Origin: Candidatus Portiera aleyrodidarum
GTDB taxonomy: Bacteria > Pseudomonadota > Gammaproteobacteria > Johnevansiales > Johnevansiaceae
Direction: 5' to 3'
DNA length: 32,000 bases
Assembly (NCBI RefSeq): GCF_000953395.1
Contig: NZ_LN649236.1
Location: 180,001 to 212,000 of the forward strand
In this document: positions 9,291 through 19,680 of the stretch, in pieces
Layout: each line of letters starts with the position of its first letter
How positions within the stretch are numbered: position 1 is the stretch's first letter
The notes under the pieces: generated by a model
The model's database searches: none
Told to the model about the DNA's origin: nothing
The model's input: the letters and a program-made list of their open reading frames with translations, nothing else
Translations under genes and position numbers: made by a program

Positions 9291-10700
9291 TTATTGTATG
9301 GGTGATGCTAAAAAAGCTGTTTTAGAAATTAATTTTTTTATTAACGAACGACATTTTATTTCATTTAAGTTTATTAATTTACAATATAATAAATCTTGTT
9401 TTAACATATACTTAACATCTTTAGCAAAATCATAATCAATTATATATGCTGTTATTTCAAAATTTAATTTCAAAGATCTATTATCTAAATTTATAGTTCC
9501 TACTGAAGCTGTATGATCATCTATTAACATAACTTTTTGATGTAAAAAACCTTTTATATATTTATATATTTTTACTCCAAATTTTATTAATTCAGATAAA
9601 TAACTAAATGTAGATAAATAAACCAATAAATGATCTGTACGTTCAGGTATAATTATTTTAACATCTACACCTCTTAAGGCTGCTAATTTTAATGAATCAA
9701 TTATACTTTGATCTGGAATAAAATAAGGACTAGTTATCCAAAAAGTTTTGGTTGCTAGATTTATTGAATTTTGAATTAATAGGCTTGCATTATTTATATT
9801 ATAAACAGGACCACTAGGTAAAATAATTACATGTTGATTTTTTATGTTTGATATTATAGGTTTCCAATTTAAATGTTGGATGTGTTTTTCTGTTGTCCAA
9901 TACCAGTCGGATAAAAAAATTTCTTGTAAACATAAAACACTTGGTCCTATTATATGTAAATGTGTATCTCTCCAATATCCTAGTTTTTTATTTCTACCTA
10001 AATATTCCATTCCTATATTTAAACCTCCGGTCCATGCTTCTTTACCATCTACTATTATTAATTTTCTATGATTACAAAAATTGATTTTTAAAAGATTTTT
10101 CCAGCCTTTACAAAAACCAAAGGCAAAAATTTTGATTCCTGCTTTTTTTAATTCTTTTATAAACCTTGTTGATAAATTATGACTACCAATATTATCATAA
10201 ATAACAAAAATTTTAACTCCTTTGTTTGCACTATATATTAAATTTTTTTTTAATTTTTGACCTATTTTATCATTTTTTATTATAAAAAATTGAATTAAAA
10301 TATATTTTTTTGCTCTTTTGATACCATCAAACATACTTTTAAATGTAATATACCCATTTATTAATAAATTTGCACAATTGGCTTTCGTCAAAGGCAATAT
10401 TGCTAATTGTTCTACTACTTTGACATTACAATTAGATTTGAAATAATATAAATTTATATAATTTTTTAAGGATTTATTATTTAAAATATTTTTTGTTATT
10501 ATGTATCCACAAAAATTAGGACAAGATAAAATCCAAAATATAGGAATGGATAAATAAGGAAACGTTATTAAAGATATTAACCAAGCAATAGCACCTTGAG
10601 CTGTTCTACTTATCATAATAGCTATTATTATAGAAAATAATAATATTAAAAATATTAGTAGATTAAAAATATTTTTAATAGAATTAATACAAAAATTCAT
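9291..10700 (-). CDS. clsA: Cardiolipin synthase (two HKD motifs)
   Basis: The N-terminal TM segments contain [10 protein letters not shown]. The two HKD motifs are [20 protein letters not shown] and [23 protein letters not shown]. Confidence 0.92.
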   Translation of the reverse strand: MNFCINSIKNIFNLLIFLILLFSIIIAIMISRTAQGAIAWLISLITFPYLSIPIFWILSCPNFCGYIITKNILNNKSLKNYINLYYFKSNCNVKVVEQLAILPLTKANCANLLINGYITFKSMFDGIKRAKKYILIQFFIIKNDKIGQKLKKNLIYSANKGVKIFVIYDNIGSHNLSTRFIKELKKAGIKIFAFGFCKGWKNLLKINFCNHRKLIIVDGKEAWTGGLNIGMEYLGRNKKLGYWRDTHLHIIGPSVLCLQEIFLSDWYWTTEKHIQHLNWKPIISNIKNQHVIILPSGPVYNINNASLLIQNSINLATKTFWITSPYFIPDQSIIDSLKLAALRGVDVKIIIPERTDHLLVYLSTFSYLSELIKFGVKIYKYIKGFLHQKVMLIDDHTASVGTINLDNRSLKLNFEITAYIIDYDFAKDVKYMLKQDLLYCKLINLNEIKCRSLIKKLISKTAFLASPIQ

Positions 10701-11893
10701 TGTTGTTTATAGATTAATAAAGGTTGTTGTTTTCCTAAAATTACATTTTCATCTATAATAACTTTAATTACATTTTTTTTTGAAGGTATTTTAAACATGG
10801 TTTCTAATAATACCTTTTCTATAATAGAACGTAAACCTCTAGCACCCGTTTTTAATAATCTAGCTTTATTCACTATAGCTTTAAGTGCTTTTTCATCAAA
10901 ACACAACTCCACTCCATCAATATTAAATAAATATGAATATTGTTGTAATAAAGAATTTTTTGGATACTTTAATATTTTTAATAAATCAAATTTATTTAAT
11001 TCATTTAAAGTAACTATATTTTGTAAACGCCCAATAAATTCAGGAATTAAACCAAATTGTATTAAATCTTCATTTTTTACATTTATCAAAATATCACCTA
11101 TATTTTTCTTTTGTTTTACTTTGGAATTAAACCCAATACTATTATTATCTTTTTTACTAATAATTTTTTCTAATCCTAAAAATGCGCCCCCAACAATAAA
11201 TAAAATATTTTTTGTATTTACTTTTATAAATTCCTGTTGAGGATGTTTTCTTAAACCCTTAGGGGGTATTAAAGCAATTGTTCCTTCAATTAATTTTAAT
11301 AATGCTTGTTGCACCCCTTCACCGGAAACATCTCTTGTTATTGAAATATTTTCTGATTTTTTTGAAATTTTATCAATTTCATCTATATAAACAATTCCAT
11401 TTTGTGCCTGATCTATATTATAATTACATTTTTGTAATAACTTTTGAATTATTATTTCTACATCTTCTCCTACATAACCTGCTTCGGTTAAAGAAGTTGC
11501 ATCAGCAATGGTAAAAGGAACATTCAGCAATAAAGCTAAAGTTTCTGCAAATAATGTTTTTCCTGTTCCAGTAGGTCCAATTAATAAAATATTGCTTTTT
11601 GCAATATTTATATGATTATATTTTAAGCGTTTATAATGATTATAAACGGCTACTGATAAAACTAGTTTTGCTCTTTTTTGACCTATAATATATTGATTTA
11701 AAAACTTATAAATTTCTTTAGGTTTTGGTAAATAAAAATCATAATCAACATTTAGGATTTCTTCATTTAAAATGTCATTACATAAATATATACATTCATT
11801 ACATATATATACTGAATTACTACATATTAATTTATTTACTTCGGTATGTTTTTTTTTACAAAAAGAACAATATAAATCCTTTTTATATTTCAT
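10697..11893 (-). CDS. clpX: ATP-dependent Clp protease ATP-binding subunit ClpX
   Basis: Contains the zinc-finger cysteines CSFCKK...CNEC, Walker A GPTGTGKT, and [10 protein letters not shown]. It lies downstream of clpP. Confidence 0.96.
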   Translation of the reverse strand: MKYKKDLYCSFCKKKHTEVNKLICSNSVYICNECIYLCNDILNEEILNVDYDFYLPKPKEIYKFLNQYIIGQKRAKLVLSVAVYNHYKRLKYNHINIAKSNILLIGPTGTGKTLFAETLALLLNVPFTIADATSLTEAGYVGEDVEIIIQKLLQKCNYNIDQAQNGIVYIDEIDKISKKSENISITRDVSGEGVQQALLKLIEGTIALIPPKGLRKHPQQEFIKVNTKNILFIVGGAFLGLEKIISKKDNNSIGFNSKVKQKKNIGDILINVKNEDLIQFGLIPEFIGRLQNIVTLNELNKFDLLKILKYPKNSLLQQYSYLFNIDGVELCFDEKALKAIVNKARLLKTGARGLRSIIEKVLLETMFKIPSKKNVIKVIIDENVILGKQQPLLIYKQQ

Positions 11894-11906
11894 AATACCT
11901 TACCTT

Positions 11907-12512
11907 TTAACGATGTGTTATTATATAATCAATTATCCCATAATCTAAAGCTGTTTTAGCGTCCATAAATTTATCACGATCTGTATCAATATTTATTTGT
12001 TCTATATTTTGACCTGTATGTTGAGATAAAAGTTTATTAATTTTTGTTTTTATAGATAATATTTCTTTTGTATGTATTTCTATATCACTAGCTTGACCTT
12101 GAAAATTACCTAATGGTTGATGTATCATCATCCTAGAATTAGGTAAACAAAAACGTTTACCTTTTTTTCCCCCTGTAAGAATTATTGCAGCCATACTAGC
12201 TGCTTGTCCAATACAAATAGTTGAAACCTCCGGTTTAACATATTGCATAGTGTCATAAATAGACATACCTGCAGTTACTATACCACCAGGAGAATTTATA
12301 TATAAATTAATATCTTTGTTTGGATCATCATATTCCAAATATAACAATTGTGCTACAATTAAATTAGCTTTATAATCTTCAATATTACCTACTATAAAAA
12401 TTATACGTTCTTTTAAAAGACGTGAATATATATCATAAGATAGATCCCCTCTAAAAGTCTTATCTATTACAATAGGAACAAAATTATCTTTTATAAAATT
12501 ATAATCTTTCAT
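11907..12512 (-). CDS. clpP: ATP-dependent Clp protease proteolytic subunit ClpP
   Basis: Contains [16 protein letters not shown] (active-site Ser) and MIHQPLG. I trimmed the start to the ATG at 12510-12512, which is preceded by GGAGAGG. The longer track ORF (to 12575) runs into tRNA-His. Confidence 0.93.
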   Translation of the reverse strand: MKDYNFIKDNFVPIVIDKTFRGDLSYDIYSRLLKERIIFIVGNIEDYKANLIVAQLLYLEYDDPNKDINLYINSPGGIVTAGMSIYDTMQYVKPEVSTICIGQAASMAAIILTGGKKGKRFCLPNSRMMIHQPLGNFQGQASDIEIHTKEILSIKTKINKLLSQHTGQNIEQINIDTDRDKFMDAKTALDYGIIDYIITHR

Positions 12513-12533
12513 ACTACCTCTCCATAATATGTT

Positions 12534-12606
12534 GGTGGATGATGGGTATCGAACCCACGACACCCGGAGCCACAATCCGGAGCTCTACCACTGAGCTACA
12601 CCCACC
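12534..12606 (-). tRNA. tRNA-His (GUG) with genome-encoded G-1
   Basis: Reads G-1 + GTGGGTG..GCTC AGTGGTA GAGC..CCGGA TTGTGGC TCCGG..GTGGG TTCGATA CCCAT CATCCAC C73. G-1 opposite C73 is the tRNA-His identity feature. No CCA is encoded. Confidence 0.9.
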
Positions 12607-12610
12607 AAAA

Positions 12611-12684
12611 TACGTCCAGCAGGAATTGAACCTGCAACCTACGACTTAGAAGGTCGTTGCTCTATCCTATTGAGCTATGGACGC
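12611..12684 (-). tRNA. tRNA-Arg (UCU)
   Basis: 74-nt cloverleaf: acceptor GCGTCCA/TGGACGT, anticodon stem ACGAC/GTCGT with loop CTTCTAA, and T arm GCAGG-TTCAATT-CCTGC. No CCA is encoded. Confidence 0.88.
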
Positions 12685-12687
12685 CTA

Positions 12688-12761
12688 TCGGAGTAGAGGG
12701 ATTTGAACCCCCGACACCCTACTCCCAAAGCAGGTGCGCTGCCTGACTGCGCTATACTCCG
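12688..12761 (-). tRNA. tRNA-Pro (UGG)
   Basis: 74-nt cloverleaf: acceptor CGGAGTA/TACTCCG, anticodon stem CCTGC/GTAGG with loop TTTGGGA, and T arm GGGGG-TTCAAAT-CCCTC. No CCA is encoded. Confidence 0.88.
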
Positions 12762-12777
12762 TATGTATAAACTATAA

Positions 12778-14154
12778 TTAACTATAATATTGTATAAACC
12801 AAATATTTCTTTTAAATGTATCTTGAAACACAACATCAAAATTCTTTAAATAATTTCGGAATTTATCTGATTTTAAAAAATTTTTTTCATTTTTAGCAAT
12901 ATTCCGTTTTAAGATAAAGTTTTCAAGTTTGTTTATATTTAATAATAATTGTTTTTTTAAAAAAACTTTTGGTAATGAATTGAAAATTCCTATTATATTT
13001 CCTAAACGTATTAATTCAAAACATAAATATTGAGCTGTTTTTATTTTTCCTAAATTACAACTCTTATTTATTTTATATAATATATCAAATAAAATGGAAA
13101 TTGCTTTTACGGTATTAAAATCATTTTCTAATGCTAAAATAAATTTATTATAAAATAAATTATTCTTTTTTCCTTTTATTGGTGTAATCATATTTATTAT
13201 GTTATAAAATCTTTTTAAGGAATTACAAGCCATATCTAATGAATCTTTAGTATAATTTATTGATTTTCTATAATGAGTTAAAAGAAAAAAATATTTAATT
13301 ACTTCAGGATGATATTGTTTTAAAAGTTTACGTAATACAATAATATTATTTAAAGATTTAGACATTTTTTTATCATTTTTATTTATATGCCCTGAATGTA
13401 TCCATATATTTACATGTGTTGTACAAAACATTAATTCACTTTGAGATTTTTCATTTTCATGATGAGGAAAAATTAAATCTAAACCACCACCATGAATATC
13501 AAATTTATTACCTAAATATATTTTTGATAAAACCGAACATTCAATATGCCATCCTGGAAAACCCATACTATAAGGAGACTCCCAACCATATTTATAATGT
13601 GTTTTTTTCCATAAACTAAAATCTAAGTTATTTGTTTTATATTTATCTTTTTTTATTCTGAAAAAGAAATATAAGTTTTTTAAGGTTTGATTACTTAATA
13701 TACCATATATATTATGTTTATTTATTTTAAAATAAACATTACCTTGAATTATATATGCATAATCTTTTTTTATTAATTTATTGATATAATATATTATAAT
13801 ATTTTTATATTTACTAACTTTAGGTTCATAATCAGGAGAAAATAAACCTAATTGTTTTTCATCTTTATATATTGAAGTAATAATTCGATTGGTTAATCTA
13901 TTTATAGATTCTTTATTTTTGATAGATTTATTTATAATTTTATTATCTATATCAGTTATATTTCTTACATACGTGATTTTATAACCTCTAATTTTTAAAT
14001 ATTTATTTATTAAATAAAAAATAAACATATTTCTTCCATGACCTATATGACAATAATCATATACCGTAATACCACAAACATATATTTTTAATTTATTATA
14101 TTTTATAGGAATTAATAAATCTTTATAATTCTTTAATGTATTATATATAAACAC
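12778..14154 (-). CDS. cysS: Cysteinyl-tRNA synthetase
   Basis: 458 aa. Contains the class I signatures CHIGHGRN (HIGH) and KMSKSLNN (KMSKS). Confidence 0.95.
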   Translation of the reverse strand: MFIYNTLKNYKDLLIPIKYNKLKIYVCGITVYDYCHIGHGRNMFIFYLINKYLKIRGYKITYVRNITDIDNKIINKSIKNKESINRLTNRIITSIYKDEKQLGLFSPDYEPKVSKYKNIIIYYINKLIKKDYAYIIQGNVYFKINKHNIYGILSNQTLKNLYFFFRIKKDKYKTNNLDFSLWKKTHYKYGWESPYSMGFPGWHIECSVLSKIYLGNKFDIHGGGLDLIFPHHENEKSQSELMFCTTHVNIWIHSGHINKNDKKMSKSLNNIIVLRKLLKQYHPEVIKYFFLLTHYRKSINYTKDSLDMACNSLKRFYNIINMITPIKGKKNNLFYNKFILALENDFNTVKAISILFDILYKINKSCNLGKIKTAQYLCFELIRLGNIIGIFNSLPKVFLKKQLLLNINKLENFILKRNIAKNEKNFLKSDKFRNYLKNFDVVFQDTFKRNIWFIQYYS

Positions 14155-14163
14155 TGAATCACC

Positions 14164-15792
14164 TTAAGTTTTTAAACTGATAATCTTATTAAAAACCCAA
14201 TTATTTTTCTTATAATCATATCTATCTGCACAATAATAACCAACTCTTTCAAATTGTAATTTTGTTTCAGGTTTAATATTAGATAATATAGGTTCACCAA
14301 TAGATTTATGAATTTTTAAAGAATTTTTATTAATATTATTTAATATATGATTGTTTATATGTTTTTTTAATAAATGTTTATAATGACGTACTTCAACTTT
14401 CACACCATGTTTAACACTTACCCAATGAATTACTCCTTTTATTTTTTTTCCGTCAATATTTTTATTTTTAGTATTTAAATAAACAATACCTTGTATTTCT
14501 TTTATCTGTTTATTTTTAAAATAAATAATTTTCTTACATTTGATTATATATGAATGACGTAAACGTACTTTTTTTCCTATCGATAATCTAAAAAAGTTTT
14601 TTGTTGGACTAATATTAAAATCATTGCAATCTATCCAAATTTCTCTATTAAAAAATAAACTTCTAGTCCCCATTTCTATAAACGGATGATTTCTAACGTT
14701 AATTAATTCTTCATAATCTAAAATTAAATTAGTTAATACTAATTTAATTGGATTAATTACACACATTACTCTACTAACTGTATTTTCTAAATCCGAACGT
14801 ATCACATAATATTGCATATTTATATCTATAATATTATTTGATCTTGTTATACCTGTTAGTTTACATAATTTATTTAACGACGATTGAGTATAACCCCTAC
14901 GTCTCATGCCAGAAACAGTTGATAATCTAGGATCATCCCATCCAACAATAATTTTTTGATCTATTAAGAATTTGATTTTTCGTTTTGAAGTTAAGGAATA
15001 ATTTATATTCATTCTAGAAAATTCTATTTGTTTGGGATAGTTTAATTTATTATTTACAATAGTTTTAATAAACCATTTATATAACTTGCGATTGTTTTCA
15101 AATTCTAATGTACAAATTGAATGGGTTATTCCTTCTAATATATCAGATTGACCATGAGCAAAATCATAAGAGGGATATATTTTCCATTTATTTCCAGTTC
15201 TAGAATGATAAACGTTTATAATACGATACATTATAGGATCTCTTAAATTGATATTTTTAGATTTCATATCAATTTTTGCACGTAATACTTTCTTACCTTC
15301 TTTAACCAAACCTTTATACATTTTTTTAAATAATACACTATTTTCTTGTATACTACGATTTCTATAAGGACTATTATATCCAAAAGATTTAAAATCACCT
15401 CTATATTTTTTTATTTCTTTGATAGATAAATCATCAACATAAGCCTTACCTTTTTTTATTAAAAATAAAGCCCATTCATATAATTTATCAAAATAATTAG
15501 AAGCATAATAAATATTATTAAATTTATATCCTAACCAATGGATATCTTCTAAAATAGAATTAATATATATATTATTTTCTTTAATAGGATTCGTATCATC
15601 AAATCGAATATAACTTTTTCCATTAAAATATTTGGCTAAACTATAATTTACCAATATTGCTTTAACATGACCAATATGTAAAAAACCATTGGGTTCTGGA
15701 GAAAACCTAGTAATAATTGTTGTTTTAAACCTACATCGATTTTTTATTTCTTTACTAATATAATCCATAATAGTTTTATTTTTTTTTATCAT
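14164..15792 (-). CDS. glnS: Glutaminyl-tRNA synthetase
   Basis: Contains TRFSPEPNGFLHIGHVKA and LTSKRK (the MSK-type motif). An alternative start at 15768 would remove the 17-nt overlap with aroE. Confidence 0.93.
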   Translation of the reverse strand: MIKKNKTIMDYISKEIKNRCRFKTTIITRFSPEPNGFLHIGHVKAILVNYSLAKYFNGKSYIRFDDTNPIKENNIYINSILEDIHWLGYKFNNIYYASNYFDKLYEWALFLIKKGKAYVDDLSIKEIKKYRGDFKSFGYNSPYRNRSIQENSVLFKKMYKGLVKEGKKVLRAKIDMKSKNINLRDPIMYRIINVYHSRTGNKWKIYPSYDFAHGQSDILEGITHSICTLEFENNRKLYKWFIKTIVNNKLNYPKQIEFSRMNINYSLTSKRKIKFLIDQKIIVGWDDPRLSTVSGMRRRGYTQSSLNKLCKLTGITRSNNIIDINMQYYVIRSDLENTVSRVMCVINPIKLVLTNLILDYEELINVRNHPFIEMGTRSLFFNREIWIDCNDFNISPTKNFFRLSIGKKVRLRHSYIIKCKKIIYFKNKQIKEIQGIVYLNTKNKNIDGKKIKGVIHWVSVKHGVKVEVRHYKHLLKKHINNHILNNINKNSLKIHKSIGEPILSNIKPETKLQFERVGYYCADRYDYKKNNWVFNKIISLKT

Positions 15793-16627
15793 TATTATTT
15801 AACAGATTACGTAAGTTTATATGTAAGTTTTGAGTATTAGGACGTATATGATTTAATAAAAAATAAGTTTCAGCAGCTTGTTCAATTAACATACCTAAAC
15901 CATCATATATTTTAGCTTGATTATTTTTTGCAAATTTTAAAAAATTAGTCATTTTTTTGGAATACATTAAATCATAAGCTATAGTATATTTCTTTTTAAA
16001 AATATTTTTATATAACAATATTTTATCGTTTTTTATACTTACACTGGTGCCATTTATTATAACATCAAACGACGTTGTATTTTTTAATTCATCATATGAA
16101 CAAAATTTAATTATATTATTTACATTAAATCTATTGATGATTTCTTTACATTTTAATAAGGTCCTATTAACTAAATAAATTGTATTAGGACCTAAATCTA
16201 ATAATTGTTGTAGTATACTATTTATTGCACCTCCTGCTCCTAATAAAAGAATACGTTTATTTAATATTTGGATTTGTAATCGATTAAAATCTCTTATTAA
16301 ACCTACTCCATCTGTTGTATCTCCATATATATAATGATTTGTTTTATTTATGATTAATGTATTTACTGAACCTGCCATTTTAGATCTATAAGATATTTTA
16401 TGAGCTAGTTTAATTGCATATTGTTTATATGGTATGGTAATATTAATACCTATACCACCAGTTTTTAACAATTTTATCCATTCTTTTTTAAAGTTTTTTT
16501 TATTTATAATATTTATAGCTTTATAAGAAAAAACAATATTATTTTTTTTTCCAAAATAATTGTGTATTATAGGAGATAAAGAATGTTTTATTGGTTTACC
16601 AAAAACACAAATAATTTTTTTTTCCAT
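15776..16627 (-). CDS. aroE: Shikimate 5-dehydrogenase
   Basis: Contains the SLSPIIHN, NITIPYKQ, GDTTDGVG and LLGAGGA motifs. Confidence 0.9.
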   Translation of the reverse strand: MEKKIICVFGKPIKHSLSPIIHNYFGKKNNIVFSYKAINIINKKNFKKEWIKLLKTGGIGINITIPYKQYAIKLAHKISYRSKMAGSVNTLIINKTNHYIYGDTTDGVGLIRDFNRLQIQILNKRILLLGAGGAINSILQQLLDLGPNTIYLVNRTLLKCKEIINRFNVNNIIKFCSYDELKNTTSFDVIINGTSVSIKNDKILLYKNIFKKKYTIAYDLMYSKKMTNFLKFAKNNQAKIYDGLGMLIEQAAETYFLLNHIRPNTQNLHINLRNLLNNNDKKK

Positions 16628-16641
16628 TATTCACCTATTAT

Positions 16642-17091
16642 ATGAAAATATTAAAATACCCAGATAAACGTCTTAATATTATAGCAAAACCAATTAAACT
16701 TATAAATAAAAATATAAAAACATTAGTTGTCAATATGCTTAATACCATGTATGCACATAAAGGAATAGGGTTATCAGCTACACAAATAAATAAACATATC
16801 CGTATATTTGTTATGGATATTAGTAAAACTTATAATCAACCGTTAATTATTATTAATCCAAAATATACTTTTGTCAGTAATAAATATAAAAAAGTTAAAG
16901 AGGGATGTTTATCTATACCTAATTATTTTGAATATATTTATAGATCTATTCATATTATTATAAAGGCAATAGATATATATGGTAACCAGTTTATTATTAA
17001 TGCTTATGGATTGATTGCCCAATGTATACAACATGAAATTGATCATTTAAATGGTAAATTATTAATCGATAATTTATCAAAAAAAGGATAA
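16642..17091 (+). CDS. def: Peptide deformylase
   Basis: Contains the three PDF motifs GIGLSATQI, EGCLSIP and QHEIDHLNG. Confidence 0.95.
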   Translation: MKILKYPDKRLNIIAKPIKLINKNIKTLVVNMLNTMYAHKGIGLSATQINKHIRIFVMDISKTYNQPLIIINPKYTFVSNKYKKVKEGCLSIPNYFEYIYRSIHIIIKAIDIYGNQFIINAYGLIAQCIQHEIDHLNGKLLIDNLSKKG

Positions 17092-17095
17092 AAAT

Positions 17096-18064
17096 ATGAA
17101 TAACTTATCATTAGTGGGTGATATTGGAGGAACGAATGTTCGTTTAGCTTTAGTATCATCAAATCAATTTAATCTTTATAAAATAAAAATATTTAAATGT
17201 ATTAATTACATTAATATTTTTGAAGTTATACAAAAATATATTGATTTAGTAGATTGTGAATATCCTAAATATGCTTGTTTAGCTTTTGCATGTCCTGTTA
17301 ATTATAATTTAATAAAAATGACAAATAATTCTTGGAAAATAACAAAATATGAATTAAAACATAAAATGAATTTACACAAATTAAAAATCATCAACGATTT
17401 TACTGCTATAGCCTTAGGATTACCTCATATTCAAACAAAAGATTTATATCAAATTGGATATGGAAAAAATAATAATACTAGTAATAAAATGTTAATAGGG
17501 CCTGGTACTGGATTAGGAATTGCTGGTTTAATTCCTAATAAAAAAGTATGGATACCACTTTCGGGTGAAGGTGGACATATCAGTTTTGCACCACTTGATA
17601 AATTTGAAACATATATTTTTAATTGGTTTAAAAAACTTTATAATCGTGTTTCTATTGAACGTATACTTTGTGGACAAGGAATCGTAGATTTATATAATGC
17701 ACATGTTAATTATTATTTAAAAAATTATAAAACTATTTTAAAAACACCTGATGCAATTACAACAGCTGCTTTAACTCAAAAAGATCCTTTAGCATATAAA
17801 ACTATTATGAGATTTTGTAAAATCTTAGGTCATGTCACAGGTGATATCGCTTTAACTTTAGGAGCTAAAGGAGGAGTATATTTATGTGGAGGAATTTTAC
17901 CTAGAATAATAAATATATTAGATCATAGTGAATTTCGTATTTCTTTTTATAATAAAGGAAGAATGAGTTTTTATAATCAAGAAATTTCCACTTGGTTAGT
18001 AACATCTAAATGGATAGGATTATTAGGAGCAGCTGATGCTTTATTTAACAACAATCTTATTTAA
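17096..18064 (+). CDS. glk: Glucokinase
   Basis: 322 aa. Contains the N-terminal ATP-binding GDIGGTNVRLAL, plus GEGGH and CGGILPR. The last codons and the stop lie inside the first tandem-repeat unit. Confidence 0.9.
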   Translation: MNNLSLVGDIGGTNVRLALVSSNQFNLYKIKIFKCINYINIFEVIQKYIDLVDCEYPKYACLAFACPVNYNLIKMTNNSWKITKYELKHKMNLHKLKIINDFTAIALGLPHIQTKDLYQIGYGKNNNTSNKMLIGPGTGLGIAGLIPNKKVWIPLSGEGGHISFAPLDKFETYIFNWFKKLYNRVSIERILCGQGIVDLYNAHVNYYLKNYKTILKTPDAITTAALTQKDPLAYKTIMRFCKILGHVTGDIALTLGAKGGVYLCGGILPRIINILDHSEFRISFYNKGRMSFYNQEISTWLVTSKWIGLLGAADALFNNNLI

Positions 18065-18259
18065 CAACAATCTTATTTAACAACAATCTTATTTAACAAC
18101 AATCTTATTTAACAACAATCTTATTTAACAACAATCTTATTTAACAACAATCTTATTTAACAACAATCTTATTTAACAACAATCTTATTTAACAACAATC
18201 TTATTTAACAACAATCTTATTTAACAACAATCTTATTTAACAACAATCTTATTTAACAA
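18047..18259. repeat. Perfect tandem repeat: 16-bp unit AACAACAATCTTATTT x 13 plus a 5-bp partial copy
   Basis: Read directly from the sequence. Units start at 18047, 18063, ... 18239 with no mismatches, and the + strand of the array contains no G. The array overlaps the 3' ends of both glk (+) and zwf (-). Confidence 0.98.
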
Positions 18260-19613
18260 TAGGCCCCCATGTAAAAGATTTATAATAATATATAGGCATA
18301 TTTTTTTGTTTCCAAAGATAAATAAGTTTATCTATCCATCTCCATGAATAATCAATTTCTTCTTTACTAACAAATAAATCTTGTTTTCCTTTTATAACCT
18401 CTAAAATTAAAAAATCATATGAATCTAATTTATTAGATTTTTTATTATTAAAAAACAGTTTATTACAATTAAATTTATTCACAATATTTATATCTTCTTT
18501 TGGTTGTAAATTAATTATCAAGTTATTATTTATTTCATAATTAAATATATGTTTATTAAAATATATTTTGATTTGTGATATTTTTTTTTTTAATCGTTTT
18601 CCTGATATTAAAATAAAAGGAATACCATACCAATAAAAATTATTTATTTTTGTGTTTATTGAAATAAATGTTTCAGTAGATGAATTTTTATTTGAATTTT
18701 TGTCTTCCAAATATCCATTAAAAATTTTTTTATTCAATTTATTTGAAATATATTGCCCATAATTTATATCAACAGTTAAAAAACTATTATTTAAATCTTT
18801 TAATAATTTTATTTTTTCTTGATATATATTTTTATAATCAAATTGTTTTGGTACACATATAGTAATCATAGATAATATTTGTATTAAATGATTTTGTACC
18901 ATATCGCGTAATTGTCCGGTTTTATCAAAATACCCCCACCTATCTTCTATACCTAAGTTTTCAGCTAAACTTATCTTAATATGTGTAATATATTTTTTAT
19001 TCCATATATTATAAAATATAGGATTTAAAAATCTTAAATATAATAAGTTTTTTACTTGTCTTTTACCTAAATAATGATCTATACGAAAAATACAATTGTC
19101 ATAAAAAATATTATTAATATAATTATTGATGTTTATTGAACTTTTTAAATTACAACCAATTGGTTTTTCTAATATTATTTTAGAATTTGTCATTAAACAT
19201 TTATTTAAATTAAGATATTTACAAATAATTTTAAATAAATTGCTAGATACTGATAAATAAAATACCAATGGCAATTTGTTTTTTAACAACCAATTTTTTA
19301 TATATTTATAATGTTTGATATTGATAAAATCTATATTTAAATAATATAAACATTTTATAAAATGAATCATGTGAATTAATTCTTTTTTTTTGTTCATATA
19401 TTTATTTTTTATTAAAAGTTTATAGATTTTAGATCTAAAGTTATTTACATTTATCAATTTACGTGCTAAACATAATATATTGATTTGGTTATTTATTAAG
19501 TTTTTTTTATATAATATAAATAATGAAATATATAATTTTCTTAAAGCTAAATCTCCTAAAGCACCAAATAATACAAAGTTTAAATTTGTTATTGTTTTTA
19601 TAATTAATTTCAT
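18249..19613 (-). CDS. zwf: Glucose-6-phosphate 1-dehydrogenase
   Basis: Contains LFGALGDLALRKL (NADP site), LEKPIG, RIDHYLGK (active-site motif) and RDMVQNHL. Confidence 0.92.
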   Translation of the reverse strand: MKLIIKTITNLNFVLFGALGDLALRKLYISLFILYKKNLINNQINILCLARKLINVNNFRSKIYKLLIKNKYMNKKKELIHMIHFIKCLYYLNIDFINIKHYKYIKNWLLKNKLPLVFYLSVSSNLFKIICKYLNLNKCLMTNSKIILEKPIGCNLKSSININNYINNIFYDNCIFRIDHYLGKRQVKNLLYLRFLNPIFYNIWNKKYITHIKISLAENLGIEDRWGYFDKTGQLRDMVQNHLIQILSMITICVPKQFDYKNIYQEKIKLLKDLNNSFLTVDINYGQYISNKLNKKIFNGYLEDKNSNKNSSTETFISINTKINNFYWYGIPFILISGKRLKKKISQIKIYFNKHIFNYEINNNLIINLQPKEDINIVNKFNCNKLFFNNKKSNKLDSYDFLILEVIKGKQDLFVSKEEIDYSWRWIDKLIYLWKQKNMPIYYYKSFTWGPIVK

Positions 19614-19680
19614 TTAATCTCCTACAAAAATAAATAAAAACATTATAATTATAATAATAACATACAAATTAATAAATATT

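Noticed and set aside
12513-12575. 21-codon N-terminal extension of clpP ([21 protein letters not shown])
   Set aside because: It overlaps tRNA-His (12534-12606). An internal ATG at 12510-12512 has a GGAGAGG Shine-Dalgarno sequence, and the protein aligns with ClpP from that point.
18047-18259. Possibility that the 16-bp array is a CRISPR array or a terminator
   Set aside because: The units are directly adjacent with no spacers, the unit is far shorter than a CRISPR repeat, and there are no cas genes. The unit has no self-complementarity, so no hairpin terminator can form.
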